A stretch of DNA of 64,000 nt from an uncultured Methanosarcinaceae archaeon. Its GTDB lineage: Archaea; Halobacteriota; Methanosarcinia; Methanosarcinales; Methanosarcinaceae. The stretch covers positions 64,001 through 128,000 of the forward strand of contig CAVRJG010000054.1 of NCBI GenBank assembly GCA_963721455.1, written 5' to 3'. Below, in pieces: positions 63,908-64,000 of this stretch. Position 1 is the first letter of the stretch. The number at the start of each line of letters is the position of its first letter. Below the pieces are notes generated by a model. It did no database searches. It was not told where the DNA came from and worked only from the letters and a program-made list of their open reading frames with translations. The translations under genes were made by a program, and so were the position numbers.

Positions 63908-64000
63908 ATGAATTTCTCGGAGATGCTTCACCGAAGGTTCCGCGAGATTTCTACCTTTTATAAGAAGATGCATGGGCGGTTGTACAATTTACAAAATAGG
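63908..64000 (+). CDS. 5' end of a gene truncated by the window edge
   Basis: GGAGGGG RBS, ATG, open frame to the end of the window. Confidence 0.4.
   Translation, partial: MNFSEMLHRRFREISTFYKKMHGRLYNLQNR

Overview
This is an archaeal window from a Methanosarcina-type methanogen (mer, fpoF, hacB/aksF, aglB, isf/fprA/afpA). 1-8.8 kb is an AT-rich accessory island: an IS6, an IS21 remnant, MITEs and three co-oriented genes. These encode an AbiTii-domain protein, a 142-aa helical protein and an effector-less NB-ARC/STAND-TPR (NLR-like) receptor. The last two share a 25-residue G/N/Q-rich N-terminal motif (17/25 identical), which suggests an archaeal amyloid-signalling NLR immune module; this is the best candidate for a novel system. 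9-14 kb holds sudAB/nfnAB, a tandemly duplicated identical 46-aa peptide gene and an in-frame ArsR-ArsM fusion. 14-41 kb is a surface-glycan locus: manC, frameshifted rfbC/rfbB, rfbD/A, gmd/fcl, wzm/wzt, a GT10 fucosyltransferase-like gene, GT2/GT4 genes and two mosaic near-identical aglB genes. It is interrupted by an IS1634 carrying a nested MITE and by an ORF-less group II intron whose EBS1/EBS2 pair with an IS-end-like 5' exon. 41-61 kb is mostly housekeeping and oxidative-stress genes plus unannotated small ORFs. 62-64 kb is an IS66 whose transposase has one in-frame TAG (pyrrolysine candidate), next to an IS66-type MITE. All product calls come from motif recognition by eye; no database searches were run.
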